Shown here one piece after another: positions 8,577 to 17,278 of a DNA stretch of 64,000 nucleotides. Numbering within the stretch: position 1 is the stretch's first letter; every line of letters begins with the position of its first letter. The position numbers were made by a program, and so were the translations under genes. This DNA is from Verrucomicrobiota bacterium (GTDB taxonomy: Bacteria > Verrucomicrobiota > Kiritimatiellia > CAIQIC01 > Lenti-01), in assembly GCA_031262805.1 (NCBI GenBank), contig JAISGX010000036.1:22257-86256 (forward strand), read 5' to 3'. The notes beneath the pieces are model-generated. The model was given only the letters and a program-made list of their open reading frames with translations, did not search any database and had not been told where the DNA came from.

Positions 8577-10370
8577 ATGAAGAGCAACCATACAGAATTG
8601 AATGCGTGGATCGAAGAAGTGGCCGCGTTGTGCAAGCCGGATGCCATTTATTGGTGCGACGGCTCTCAGGAAGAATATGACCGCCTCGCGGCGGAATTGG
8701 TCGCGGGCGGCACCTTCACGAAACTGAACGAAGCCAAGCGCCCCCATTCCCATCTGGCCTTCTCCGACCCGGCGGATGTCGCCCGTGTGGAGGACCGCAC
8801 GTTTGTCTGTACCACCGACCCGAGGGAAGCCGGGCCGAACAACAACTGGTGCGAACCGGAGGAAATGAAGGCAACCATGCGAAAGCTGTACGACGGCTGC
8901 ATGCGCGGCCGCACGATGTATGTCATTGCGTTCAGCATGGGCCCCATCGGCTCCCCCATCGCCCACATCGGCGTGGAGCTGACGGATTCCGCCTATGTGG
9001 TCTGCAACATGCGCATCATGACCCGCATGGGCGGGGAGGTGCTCAAGGCCTTGGGCAAAGACGGCGTGTTTGTGAAGTGCTTGCACTCCGTGGGCTATCC
9101 TCTGGTGGATCGGCCGGATGTGCCCTGGCCCTGCAATCCCGAAAACCGCTACATTTCCCATTTTCCGGAAGAACCCGCCATCTGGTCCTTTGGGTCCGGC
9201 TATGGCGGCAACGCCCTGCTCGGCAAAAAGTGCTTCGCCCTCCGCATTGCCAGCACCATGGCCCGCAAGCAGGGCTGGATGGCCGAGCATATGCTCATCC
9301 TTGGCCTGACGAATCCCGAAGGGAAAAAGATCTATGTGGCCGCCGCCTTCCCCAGCGCCTGCGGCAAAACCAACCTCGCCATGCTCCAACCAACCATCCC
9401 CGGCTGGAAAGCGGAATGCGTGGGCGACGACATCTGCTGGATGAAGTTCGACGCAACCGGCCGACTGCGCGCCATCAACCCGGAGGCTGGATTCTTCGGC
9501 GTGGCCCCCGGCACCTCGATGAAATCCAACCCCAATGCCATCCTGACGCTGCGCGCCAATTCCATCTTCACGAATTGCGCGCTGACGGAGGAAGGCGATG
9601 TGTGGTGGGAGGATATGACCGACGAGCCGCCAACCCATGCGACCTCCTGGCGGGGGGAGCCCTGGACGCCGGAATCCGGCACAAAAGCCGCCCACCCCAA
9701 TGCGCGCTACACCACGCCCGCCAGCCAATGCCCTGTGATTGATCCTGCTTGGGAAGACCCGGCGGGCGTGCCGATCTCCGCCATTCTCTTCGGCGGCCGC
9801 CGTCCCGGCACGGTTCCACTGTGCTTCGAAGCGCCGTCATGGGAATATGGCACCTTCCTCGGGAGCATCCAGGCCAGCGAAACCACCGCCGCCGCCGCAG
9901 GCAGCGTGGGTGTGTTGCGCTACGATCCGATGGCTATGCTGCCGTTCTGTGGCTACAACATGGGTGATTATTTCGCCCATTGGCTGTCCATGCCGGGCCG
10001 GGTGGAGAATGCAAAAATGCCCTTGGTCTTTTATGTGAACTGGTTCCGCAAGTCGGATGACGGCCGCTTCCTGTGGCCGGGCTTCGGCGAGAATGCGCGA
10101 GTGTTGAAATGGATTTTCGAACGCGTGGAAGGCGGCGGCAAGGCGCAGAAAACCGCCATTGGCTTGCTACCCACCGCCGATGCCATCGATACCACCGGCC
10201 TTTCCATTGAGGCGGAGGATATGGCGGAACTGCTTTCCGTGGATGCCCAGGGCTGGCTGGACGACATGCCTGCCATTCGGGCGCATTACGCCAAATTCGG
10301 CGACGCCATTCCAGAACGGCTCCAAACGGAATTGAACAACCTGGAGGCGCGCCTCAACGCGGTGCCATAA
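8577..10370 (+). CDS. pckG: Phosphoenolpyruvate carboxykinase (GTP)
   Basis: [28 protein letters not shown], kinase-1a motif [21 protein letters not shown] motif CVGDDICWM. Start at MKSN (8577), which follows a GGAG RBS. Confidence 0.9.
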   Translation: MKSNHTELNAWIEEVAALCKPDAIYWCDGSQEEYDRLAAELVAGGTFTKLNEAKRPHSHLAFSDPADVARVEDRTFVCTTDPREAGPNNNWCEPEEMKATMRKLYDGCMRGRTMYVIAFSMGPIGSPIAHIGVELTDSAYVVCNMRIMTRMGGEVLKALGKDGVFVKCLHSVGYPLVDRPDVPWPCNPENRYISHFPEEPAIWSFGSGYGGNALLGKKCFALRIASTMARKQGWMAEHMLILGLTNPEGKKIYVAAAFPSACGKTNLAMLQPTIPGWKAECVGDDICWMKFDATGRLRAINPEAGFFGVAPGTSMKSNPNAILTLRANSIFTNCALTEEGDVWWEDMTDEPPTHATSWRGEPWTPESGTKAAHPNARYTTPASQCPVIDPAWEDPAGVPISAILFGGRRPGTVPLCFEAPSWEYGTFLGSIQASETTAAAAGSVGVLRYDPMAMLPFCGYNMGDYFAHWLSMPGRVENAKMPLVFYVNWFRKSDDGRFLWPGFGENARVLKWIFERVEGGGKAQKTAIGLLPTADAIDTTGLSIEAEDMAELLSVDAQGWLDDMPAIRAHYAKFGDAIPERLQTELNNLEARLNAVP

Positions 10371-10416
10371 CCACAAAGGACAGGAAGGCGCGACCGCCGT
10401 GGCTTCCGTTTTCCCC

Positions 10417-10659
10417 ATGAAGCACATCACGCTCCGCTATTATGCTCTCATCGGCGCCCGGCGCGGGACACAGGCCGATCCGTATGAAACGAATGCGGAA
10501 ACGGCCCGTGAACTGTTGCACGAACTCGAAGCGAACCACGCCGTTCCGTTGACGACGAACATCGTCAAGGCGGCGGTGAATGAAGAATTCGTCGAGTGGG
10601 ATGCTCCCATCCATGATGGGGACACGGTCACGCTTCTGCCACCCTTTTCGGGGGGCTGA
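10417..10659 (+). CDS. MoaD/ThiS-family sulfur-carrier protein (C-terminal GG)
   Basis: 81 aa with a beta-grasp-like sequence ending ...TVTLLPPFSGG. Confidence 0.6.
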   Translation: MKHITLRYYALIGARRGTQADPYETNAETARELLHELEANHAVPLTTNIVKAAVNEEFVEWDAPIHDGDTVTLLPPFSGG

Positions 10660-10721
10660 AAAAGCACAGACGAGAGCCTGTTGTTTTTTTGCGGGCGGCC
10701 GACGGTGGCCGGAAAAAGGCC

Positions 10722-11690
10722 TTACTTCACAAAGGGACTGGCTCCACCCAGGCGCTCCCCCCGCCCCAGATATCGACCACAAATGAAGGCGTCGGAAGTC
10801 ATGACTTTTCCGCCTTCCGGCTGGACGGACAACAACCGGACCACGCCAACACCGGCGGCCACGCACAGGCCTCCCTTGTCGCACCGGAGGACGGTCCCGG
10901 GCGGCTCATCCGTTTGGCCCTCTTCCCTTTTTAACTCATGAACTTTCAACAACGTGCCATCCGGCAGGGTGGTATAAGCGCCGGGCCAGGGATGGAAACC
11001 CCGCCAGCGGTTGACAATGGTGTCCGCAGATGATTCCCAGACTATCCGGCCATCCTCCTTCTTCAGTTTATGGGCAAAGGTCACCTTCGACTCGTCTTGG
11101 GGAATGGCCGTGGGTTTTTCTCCACTGTGCAGGACAGAGAGCACCCCCTGCAACAACTCCGCTCCTTTTTGGGCCAGTCTGGGCGCTAGGGACAGATAGG
11201 TATCCGCCGGGTCAATCGCCACGGCCTCCTGCGCCAGCAAGTCACCGGCATCCATGCGGGGGGTGACATAAAGCACGCTGACGCCGGTCTGTGCATCCCC
11301 GTTCGCCAATGCCCATTGAATGGGACTGGCGCCCCGGTATTTCGGCAACATGGAGGGATGAACATTGAGGGTGCCCAGGCGGGGAATCGCCAGCAGGTCG
11401 GCTCCCAGAAACTGACCGTAGGAGGCCACCACCAGCACATCCGGATCCAGCGCCGCCACTAGGGCGACGGACGCTTCATCATTGACGTTCATGGGGTCCA
11501 GAATGGACAGATGATAATGCCGGGCCAATGGCTTGATGGCACAGGCCTTGGCCCCCAGGCCCCGTCCGCCGGGCCGGTCCGGCTGGGTGATCACTCCCGC
11601 CAGTTCGTCCCGCCCTTCGAGCACAACCGCCTCCAGCAACGGACAGGCCAACTCCCCGGAACCCAACAGGACGATTTTTAATCTGCTCAT
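10722..11690 (-). CDS. fmt: Methionyl-tRNA formyltransferase
   Basis: MSRLKIVLLGSGELACPLLEAV..., formyltransferase motif NVHPSMLPKYRGASPIQWAL, and a C-terminal Fmt domain. Start at MSRLK (11690). The table ORF extends upstream to 11879. Confidence 0.9.
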   Translation of the reverse strand: MSRLKIVLLGSGELACPLLEAVVLEGRDELAGVITQPDRPGGRGLGAKACAIKPLARHYHLSILDPMNVNDEASVALVAALDPDVLVVASYGQFLGADLLAIPRLGTLNVHPSMLPKYRGASPIQWALANGDAQTGVSVLYVTPRMDAGDLLAQEAVAIDPADTYLSLAPRLAQKGAELLQGVLSVLHSGEKPTAIPQDESKVTFAHKLKKEDGRIVWESSADTIVNRWRGFHPWPGAYTTLPDGTLLKVHELKREEGQTDEPPGTVLRCDKGGLCVAAGVGVVRLLSVQPEGGKVMTSDAFICGRYLGRGERLGGASPFVK

Positions 11691-11787
11691 GGGTCCATGA
11701 TAAACAGGGTTTTCCACACGGTCAAACACAACACCGGGAATCGGCATCTTTCTTGTGGAATCCGGGAAAATGTGGAATACTCCGCAC
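11691..11787. promoter_or_regulatory. Divergent fmt / DUF3089 intergenic region with three TTCCAC/GTGGAA motifs
   Basis: ggTTTTCCACACGGTc, cttGTGGAATcc, aatGTGGAATac. Shares the 13-mer TTTTCCACACGGT with the 5263-5305 hairpins. Confidence 0.3.
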
Positions 11788-12798
11788 ATGAAAGCATGCC
11801 GTTTCTTCCGATCCATTATCCTTCCCCTTCTCCTAGTCGTTTTCCTGTGCGGTTGCGGGGCTCCGGCTCCACACGCCATCCCAGCGCCGGACTATGCCCA
11901 GGCGGAGGCATGGGCCATCCGGCCGGAAGCTACGGGGCCCCGACAGCCCGTGGACCTACTGTATATCCACCCGGTTCTGGTGGCCGATCTTGAGCAGCCG
12001 CTCATGGACTGGACCGACCCGGCCATCCGTCAAAAAGTGCTGACCTATTCCCGCCAGCAGACGGATGCGTTTGCCGCCTTTGCCAATGTGTATGTCCCCT
12101 TCTGTCGCCAGCTTGAATTCAACCGGGCCCTGGTGGCATTGAAGGACACGCCCGGCGATTTCCATGCCATGGAGGTCGGCGCAGAAGATGCCCGATCCGC
12201 CTTCCGTCACTATCTGGAAGAGTGGAACCAAGGTCGGCCCTTCATTCTGTTCGGCCACAGTGAAGGCGCCATGGACTGGCTCCATGTCATGGAAACGGAA
12301 TTCCGTGATCCCGACGTCGCCCGCCGCCTCGTGGCGGCCTATCTGATCGGCATTCCCATCGATCCCGCTCGGCTGGCCGCCACGCCCCATTTGAAACTAG
12401 CCGAAGGGCGGGAGGACACAGGTGTCATCATCACCTATAATACGGAAGCGCCGGAGGCGGCCGCCTCCCTGTTCACCTTGCCCGGCGGAGCATGCATCAA
12501 CCCCCTCAACTGGCGCACAGATGCCGAACCCGCAGAAGCTTCTTTGAACCTAGGGGCGGTCTTCTTCGATTACTCGGGCACCCGCACCGAACCGATCTTG
12601 GAACTTCCCGCCTTTTGCGGAGCGGTGGTGGATCCGAAACGGGGAGCGCTGATCGTGAATCTGGAGTCTCCGGAGGCCTATTCGGCTCCCGACATAATGG
12701 GAGAAGGCATCTACCACATGAACGATGTCTATTTCTTTCTTCGCAACCTGGCTCAAAACGCCCAGGACCGCATACAGGCCCATTCCCGGAATCCTTGA
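11788..12798 (+). CDS. DUF3089-family lipoprotein (alpha/beta-hydrolase-like, GHSEG)
   Basis: Signal peptide plus lipobox (LLLVVFLCGCGAP) and a nucleophile-elbow-like GHSEG. Start at MKACRFF (11788). Confidence 0.6.
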   Translation: MKACRFFRSIILPLLLVVFLCGCGAPAPHAIPAPDYAQAEAWAIRPEATGPRQPVDLLYIHPVLVADLEQPLMDWTDPAIRQKVLTYSRQQTDAFAAFANVYVPFCRQLEFNRALVALKDTPGDFHAMEVGAEDARSAFRHYLEEWNQGRPFILFGHSEGAMDWLHVMETEFRDPDVARRLVAAYLIGIPIDPARLAATPHLKLAEGREDTGVIITYNTEAPEAAASLFTLPGGACINPLNWRTDAEPAEASLNLGAVFFDYSGTRTEPILELPAFCGAVVDPKRGALIVNLESPEAYSAPDIMGEGIYHMNDVYFFLRNLAQNAQDRIQAHSRNP

Positions 12799-12828
12799 GC
12801 CCACGACTCTCCACCGGAACGGGGGGCA

Positions 12829-12862
12829 CAAAAAAAAGCAAGGGCGCGAACCCTTGCTTTTG
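12829..12862. terminator. Bidirectional rho-independent terminator between the convergent DUF3089 and M20 genes
   Basis: AAAAAAAA-GCAAGGG-CGCGAAC-CCTTGC-TTTTG. A-run on one side and T-run on the other. Confidence 0.75.
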
Positions 12863-12884
12863 AGCGGCGTGGCCGAAGGCGGCT

Positions 12885-14105
12885 CTATTTCGCCGGCGGC
12901 GGGGTTTTGGCATATTCCATTGCGAAATCAGCATAGAAGGCTGCCGCCCGCGTGAGGTCCGCAATGTCGATTTCCTCGTTCGGGAAATGGGCAAAACGCT
13001 CATGGCCCGGGCCGAATCCGATGCAGGGAATGCCGAACATGCCGCAGATGGACACGCCGTTTGTGCTAAACACCCAATAGGACACCACGGGATCTTCGCC
13101 AAAGGCATCCTGGTAAGCGCGGACCGCACTGGTCACCTGCGGGCTATTTTCGGGAATGTTCCACGTTGGATAGTACTTCTTCGTGGGGTACACCAGGCCG
13201 GTCCAACTCGGCACGGAATATTCCAGCACCTTGATTTCCGCCGAGGCCTTTTGAACGCTCGGCAGGGCGCGGAGTTCCGCCACACTGGTTTCCTCGTTTT
13301 CGCCAACCGTCAGGCGGCGGTCCAAATGGATCGTGCAGCTGTCGGCCACGGCACACAGGCTCGGGGAGGTTGAGCGGATGTGGCTGATCGTGACCGTGCC
13401 TTTGCCCAATGGCTCCTTGGGCGGAAGTGTCTCGTTGAGCTTTTCGATGTCCTTGATGATGTCCGCCATCTTGTATACGGCATTATCGCCGCGTTCCGGA
13501 GCGGACCCATGGCAGGAAACCCCGCGGGTCGTGATTTCAATTTCCATACGGCCGCGGTGGCCGTGATAAATTTGAAGGCTGGTCGGCTCGGTGGAAACCA
13601 CCACTTCAGGGACCAGCTTGCCTTCCTGGACGATGTACTGCCAGCACAAGCCGTCGCAATCCTCTTCCTGGACGCTGGCCACCACCCAGATGGTGAGGTC
13701 TTCCGGCACCATGCCAAGCTCTTTGAGCATGGCGATGCCGTAAATGGAGCTGGCGACGCCACCTTTTTGGTCGGTGCAGCCGCGGCCGTAGATTTTTCCG
13801 GCTTCCTTGTCCAGCGTGGCGGGATACGGCGGATGCGTCGTCCACAGGGAAATGTCGCCGATGTCCACAGTGTCGCAATGGCCGTCGAAGGCAATCACAC
13901 GGGGGCCATTGCCGATGCGGCCGAGCAGGTTGCCCATGCCGTCGATGACAACTTCATCGTAGCCCAGTTTTTTCATAGCCTCGGCCATGAATTTGACCAC
14001 ATCGCCTTCCTGACTGCTCAGGGATGGGATGCTGACAATGTCTTTCAAAAAATTCGCCAGGGCGTCTTCACGTTTCTTGGCTTCCTCATACATATTCGCA
14101 CTCAT
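12885..14105 (-). CDS. M20-family metallohydrolase, YgeY / acetylornithine-deacetylase-like
   Basis: IPSLSSQEGD...GHCDTV...GRGCTDQKGG...EEDCDG, the M20 metal-binding signatures. Confidence 0.75.
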   Translation of the reverse strand: MSANMYEEAKKREDALANFLKDIVSIPSLSSQEGDVVKFMAEAMKKLGYDEVVIDGMGNLLGRIGNGPRVIAFDGHCDTVDIGDISLWTTHPPYPATLDKEAGKIYGRGCTDQKGGVASSIYGIAMLKELGMVPEDLTIWVVASVQEEDCDGLCWQYIVQEGKLVPEVVVSTEPTSLQIYHGHRGRMEIEITTRGVSCHGSAPERGDNAVYKMADIIKDIEKLNETLPPKEPLGKGTVTISHIRSTSPSLCAVADSCTIHLDRRLTVGENEETSVAELRALPSVQKASAEIKVLEYSVPSWTGLVYPTKKYYPTWNIPENSPQVTSAVRAYQDAFGEDPVVSYWVFSTNGVSICGMFGIPCIGFGPGHERFAHFPNEEIDIADLTRAAAFYADFAMEYAKTPPPAK

Positions 14106-14133
14106 TTTTTCTTCTCCTTCTGCGGCGTCCGCA

Positions 14134-15612
14134 TTACATCTTACTCAACAGGCCGGTGGCGGCATTGAACTGGTTGATCATCTTGTCCCACTGGGCGACC
14201 TGGGCGGGGTCAAACAGCTTAGTCCAGAAATCTGGATCCCACAATTCGCGCAATTCCTCGCTGGTCTTGCCCTGCTGTTCCACCCAGGTGAAATACTTGA
14301 AGTTGTGCAACTGTTTGCGGTCGAAATAGCTCAGCTCGCGATAGGTGTCGGGATTGCAACCTTCCAGATACTGCCCGAACACACGCGCCGCGTGCTCCGT
14401 GGTGAAAAGGCCTTCCTCTTCGCGCATTTCCGCAATGCGGGATTCATACAGATCCATGGAATCGGTGAGCGGGAAGAAGATGACATCCCGGCCGTCCATA
14501 TCGTAGTACTTCGCGGTCTTGATGGCACTGACCATGTTGCACATGCCGGAAATGCCAACGGCATCCAGCTTCGCAATTTCGGCCGCCTTGAGGCCCTGCT
14601 TGGCCAGATAAGCCTTGCCAGATTCCTCGTTGAACAAGCGAAGGAGCTGCATGACCTGCTCGTCATCCACGGCGCTGACGGCATCCGTGTTGCGCACGTT
14701 GTGGACCCAAGGGATGTGCTTGTCGCCAATGCCTTCGATACGGTGGGCGCCGAAGCCGCACTGATACAGCGTGGGGCATTGCGCTGCCTCGCAAGCCACC
14801 ACGCGCAGGTCCGGATGCTGGGTGCGCAGATAATCTCCTGCGGCGATGGTGCCAGCGCTACCGGTGGCGCTGACATAGCCGGAGAGTTTGCTCCGGGCCG
14901 TTTTGAAATGGTTTTGGTAGATGCTTTCGATGGCCCAGCCCGTCGTGTTGTAATGCCAGATGCTGTTGCCGAACTCTTCGAACTGGTTGAAAATTACGAT
15001 TTTGTTTCCGCGTTCGCGCCGCAGCTCCCAGCACATGTCGTAGATTTCCTTGACGTTGGATTCCGTCCCGGGCGTGGCGATGATTTCATCGGTGTGGATG
15101 CTCTTGAGCCACTCAAAGCGTTCCTTGCTCATTCCTTCGGGCAGGATGGCGATGGCGGGGCAACCCAGCAGGGCGCAGTCATAGGCGCCGCCGCGGCAAT
15201 AATTACCGGTGGAGGGCCAGACGGCCTTCTGCTCGGTCGGGTCAAAATTGCCGCTGACCAAACGGGGCACCAAACAGCCGTAGGCGGCGCCGACTTTGTG
15301 GGCGCCCGTCGGAAAATAACGGCCCATCAACCCCACTAGGCGGGCCGACACACCGGTCAATTCGGACGGAAATTCAATGAAATTGCCATCATTGAAGCCA
15401 CCGGTCTTGGGATCGTTGAACCAGTTGATGCGGAAAAGGTTGAGGGGATTGATGTCCTGCAAGCCCACCTTTTTTAGTTTTTTCTGGATCTTGGCCGGGA
15501 TCTTCCGGGGATCCTTTTGCTGGGCAAAGGTCGGCAGAATTACGCCGCGCTCTTTCGCACGCTCAACGGCGCGAGCCAACACCTTCTTGTTCGTTTTTGA
15601 GATGATTTTCAT
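14134..15612 (-). CDS. PLP-dependent enzyme, fold type II (Trp-synthase beta / Thr-synthase / Cys-synthase superfamily); specific reaction unknown
   Basis: Lys motif FPTGAHKVGAAYG (cf. TrpB HTGAHK) and phosphate-binding STGNYCRGGAY. 492 aa with an N-terminal extension. Co-oriented with the M20 gene (28 nt gap). Confidence 0.55.
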   Translation of the reverse strand: MKIISKTNKKVLARAVERAKERGVILPTFAQQKDPRKIPAKIQKKLKKVGLQDINPLNLFRINWFNDPKTGGFNDGNFIEFPSELTGVSARLVGLMGRYFPTGAHKVGAAYGCLVPRLVSGNFDPTEQKAVWPSTGNYCRGGAYDCALLGCPAIAILPEGMSKERFEWLKSIHTDEIIATPGTESNVKEIYDMCWELRRERGNKIVIFNQFEEFGNSIWHYNTTGWAIESIYQNHFKTARSKLSGYVSATGSAGTIAAGDYLRTQHPDLRVVACEAAQCPTLYQCGFGAHRIEGIGDKHIPWVHNVRNTDAVSAVDDEQVMQLLRLFNEESGKAYLAKQGLKAAEIAKLDAVGISGMCNMVSAIKTAKYYDMDGRDVIFFPLTDSMDLYESRIAEMREEEGLFTTEHAARVFGQYLEGCNPDTYRELSYFDRKQLHNFKYFTWVEQQGKTSEELRELWDPDFWTKLFDPAQVAQWDKMINQFNAATGLLSKM

Positions 15613-15912
15613 GCTTTTTGCTCCTTATCGGGGACGTTTCAAGTACAATTTGAGAGAGAGTTTCCCCTCTTGGCTCGTTTCCGTCAATCCCTATAAAGCT
15701 TCACAAGAAAAGCGTTTCAACGTGCTTGCCTCTGTTTTCTCCGGTGCCCTAGGGCGGGATTCCGAACGGGAAGAGCGGAGCTCTTCCGAGGGGGGGGAGG
15801 GACACGTCCGCCCCCCCGGCCGCCAGCACCCTTTTTTGAGCGGGCTTGAGGGTTGACGCGAGGGAAAAGGCAGTGTAAAGTGCCTGTGTTGATATAGCTC
15901 TAGATGTGGCAG

Positions 15913-15939
15913 GAGTGGGTTCTTTATCCCACTCTTTTG
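15913..15939 (+). promoter_or_regulatory. Leader hairpin plus T-run upstream of nusA (candidate attenuator)
   Basis: GAGTGGG-TTCTTTA-TCCCACTC followed by TTTTG, 59 nt upstream of the nusA ATG. A TTGACG-N17-TAAAGT promoter-like pair lies at ~15853-15881. Confidence 0.4.
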
Positions 15940-15997
15940 CATGTAAGGGGTTATGCTTTGTGGTGCTTTTCCCCCGTTTGGGGAGGAGGTTTGACAG

Positions 15998-17278
15998 ATG
16001 AACAATGAATTGCTTGCAGTGTTTGAATATATGGAACGGGAGCGCAAGCTCGACCGTGAAACGTTGATCCAACTGGTGGAATCCTCGTTGCAGGTGGCCA
16101 GCCGAAAAAGCATCGGCCGCGTCCGTGACCTCCGGGTGGAAATTGATCGTAAGACATTGGCAATTAAGGCCTTTGCGGCAATTGAGGTGGTGGATTTTGT
16201 CCGCAACCGCCAGGAAGAAATTTCCTTGGAGGAAGCCCGCGTCAAATATCCCGAGAAAGAATACCAGATCGGCGACCTGATTGAAATTGAGGTCACCCCG
16301 CGCAATTTTGGGCGCATTGCCGCCCAAACCGCCAAGCAGGCCATCATCCAAAAGTTGCGGATGGCGGAGAAAGACAAGGTCTACGCCGCCTACAAGGATC
16401 ATGCCGGAGACATCGTCACCGGCACCATCCGCCGGTTCGATCGAAACGATGTGGTGGTGGACTTGGGCGATGCCGAAGGCGTCATGCCCAACAAGGAGCG
16501 CGTTGCCAACGAAGATTATCAGGTCGGCGACAGGATCCGCTTCCTGTTGCTCAGCATTGATGCCGGTGGCTCGCAGGGGACCCAGCTGGTGCTCTCCCGA
16601 AGCCATCCGGACTTCATCCGCAAGCTTTTCGAGCTGGAAGTCTCCGAAATTGCCGATCATACGGTCGAAATCAAGGGAATCGCCCGCGAAGCAGGATACC
16701 GAACCAAGATTGCGGTTTTCTCTCAGGACGAAAAAGTCGACCCCGTCGGCGCCTGTGTCGGTCTTCGTGGACAGAGGGTCAAAAACATCGTCCGGGAGCT
16801 CTCCGGCGAAAAAGTGGACATTGTGAAGTGGAGCCCCGACATCAAGACGTTTGTGACCAACGCGCTGGCGCCCGCCAAACTGCTACGGCTGGAGGTGGAC
16901 GAGCCCGGACACGTTGTGCGCGTCACCGTGGAGAAGGACCAGCTGTCCCTCGCCATCGGGAAAAAGGGCCAAAACGCCCGCTTGACGGCCAAATTGACCG
17001 GCTGGAAGGTGGACATTCAGAAGGACGAAAGCGACATTACCTTCGAAGAAAAAATTTCGCGGGCCACGGAGCAGTTGGCAGCCGTTCCCGGCATCGACCG
17101 GGAAAATGCCGACCGCTTGGTGGCGGCGGGCTTCCTGACGCTGGAAGGTATTCTGGCGGCAGAAATTCAGGACTTGGTCGATGTGGAAGGCTTCGATGCC
17201 GACATCGCCGAGCAGGTCCGCAAGGCGGCGGAAGCCGCCATGGAAAGCGATAGCGGAAAGGGTGTGGAACAAGAATGA
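15998..17278 (+). CDS. nusA: Transcription termination/antitermination factor NusA
   Basis: N-terminal NusA domain, S1 and tandem KH regions. ATGA overlap with infB. Confidence 0.92.
   Translation: MNNELLAVFEYMERERKLDRETLIQLVESSLQVASRKSIGRVRDLRVEIDRKTLAIKAFAAIEVVDFVRNRQEEISLEEARVKYPEKEYQIGDLIEIEVTPRNFGRIAAQTAKQAIIQKLRMAEKDKVYAAYKDHAGDIVTGTIRRFDRNDVVVDLGDAEGVMPNKERVANEDYQVGDRIRFLLLSIDAGGSQGTQLVLSRSHPDFIRKLFELEVSEIADHTVEIKGIAREAGYRTKIAVFSQDEKVDPVGACVGLRGQRVKNIVRELSGEKVDIVKWSPDIKTFVTNALAPAKLLRLEVDEPGHVVRVTVEKDQLSLAIGKKGQNARLTAKLTGWKVDIQKDESDITFEEKISRATEQLAAVPGIDRENADRLVAAGFLTLEGILAAEIQDLVDVEGFDADIAEQVRKAAEAAMESDSGKGVEQE

Noticed and set aside
8421-9728. 435-aa minus-strand ORF antisense to pckG
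   Set aside because: PEPCK on the plus strand is unambiguous. The antisense ORF is Gly/Ala/His-rich with no family resemblance.
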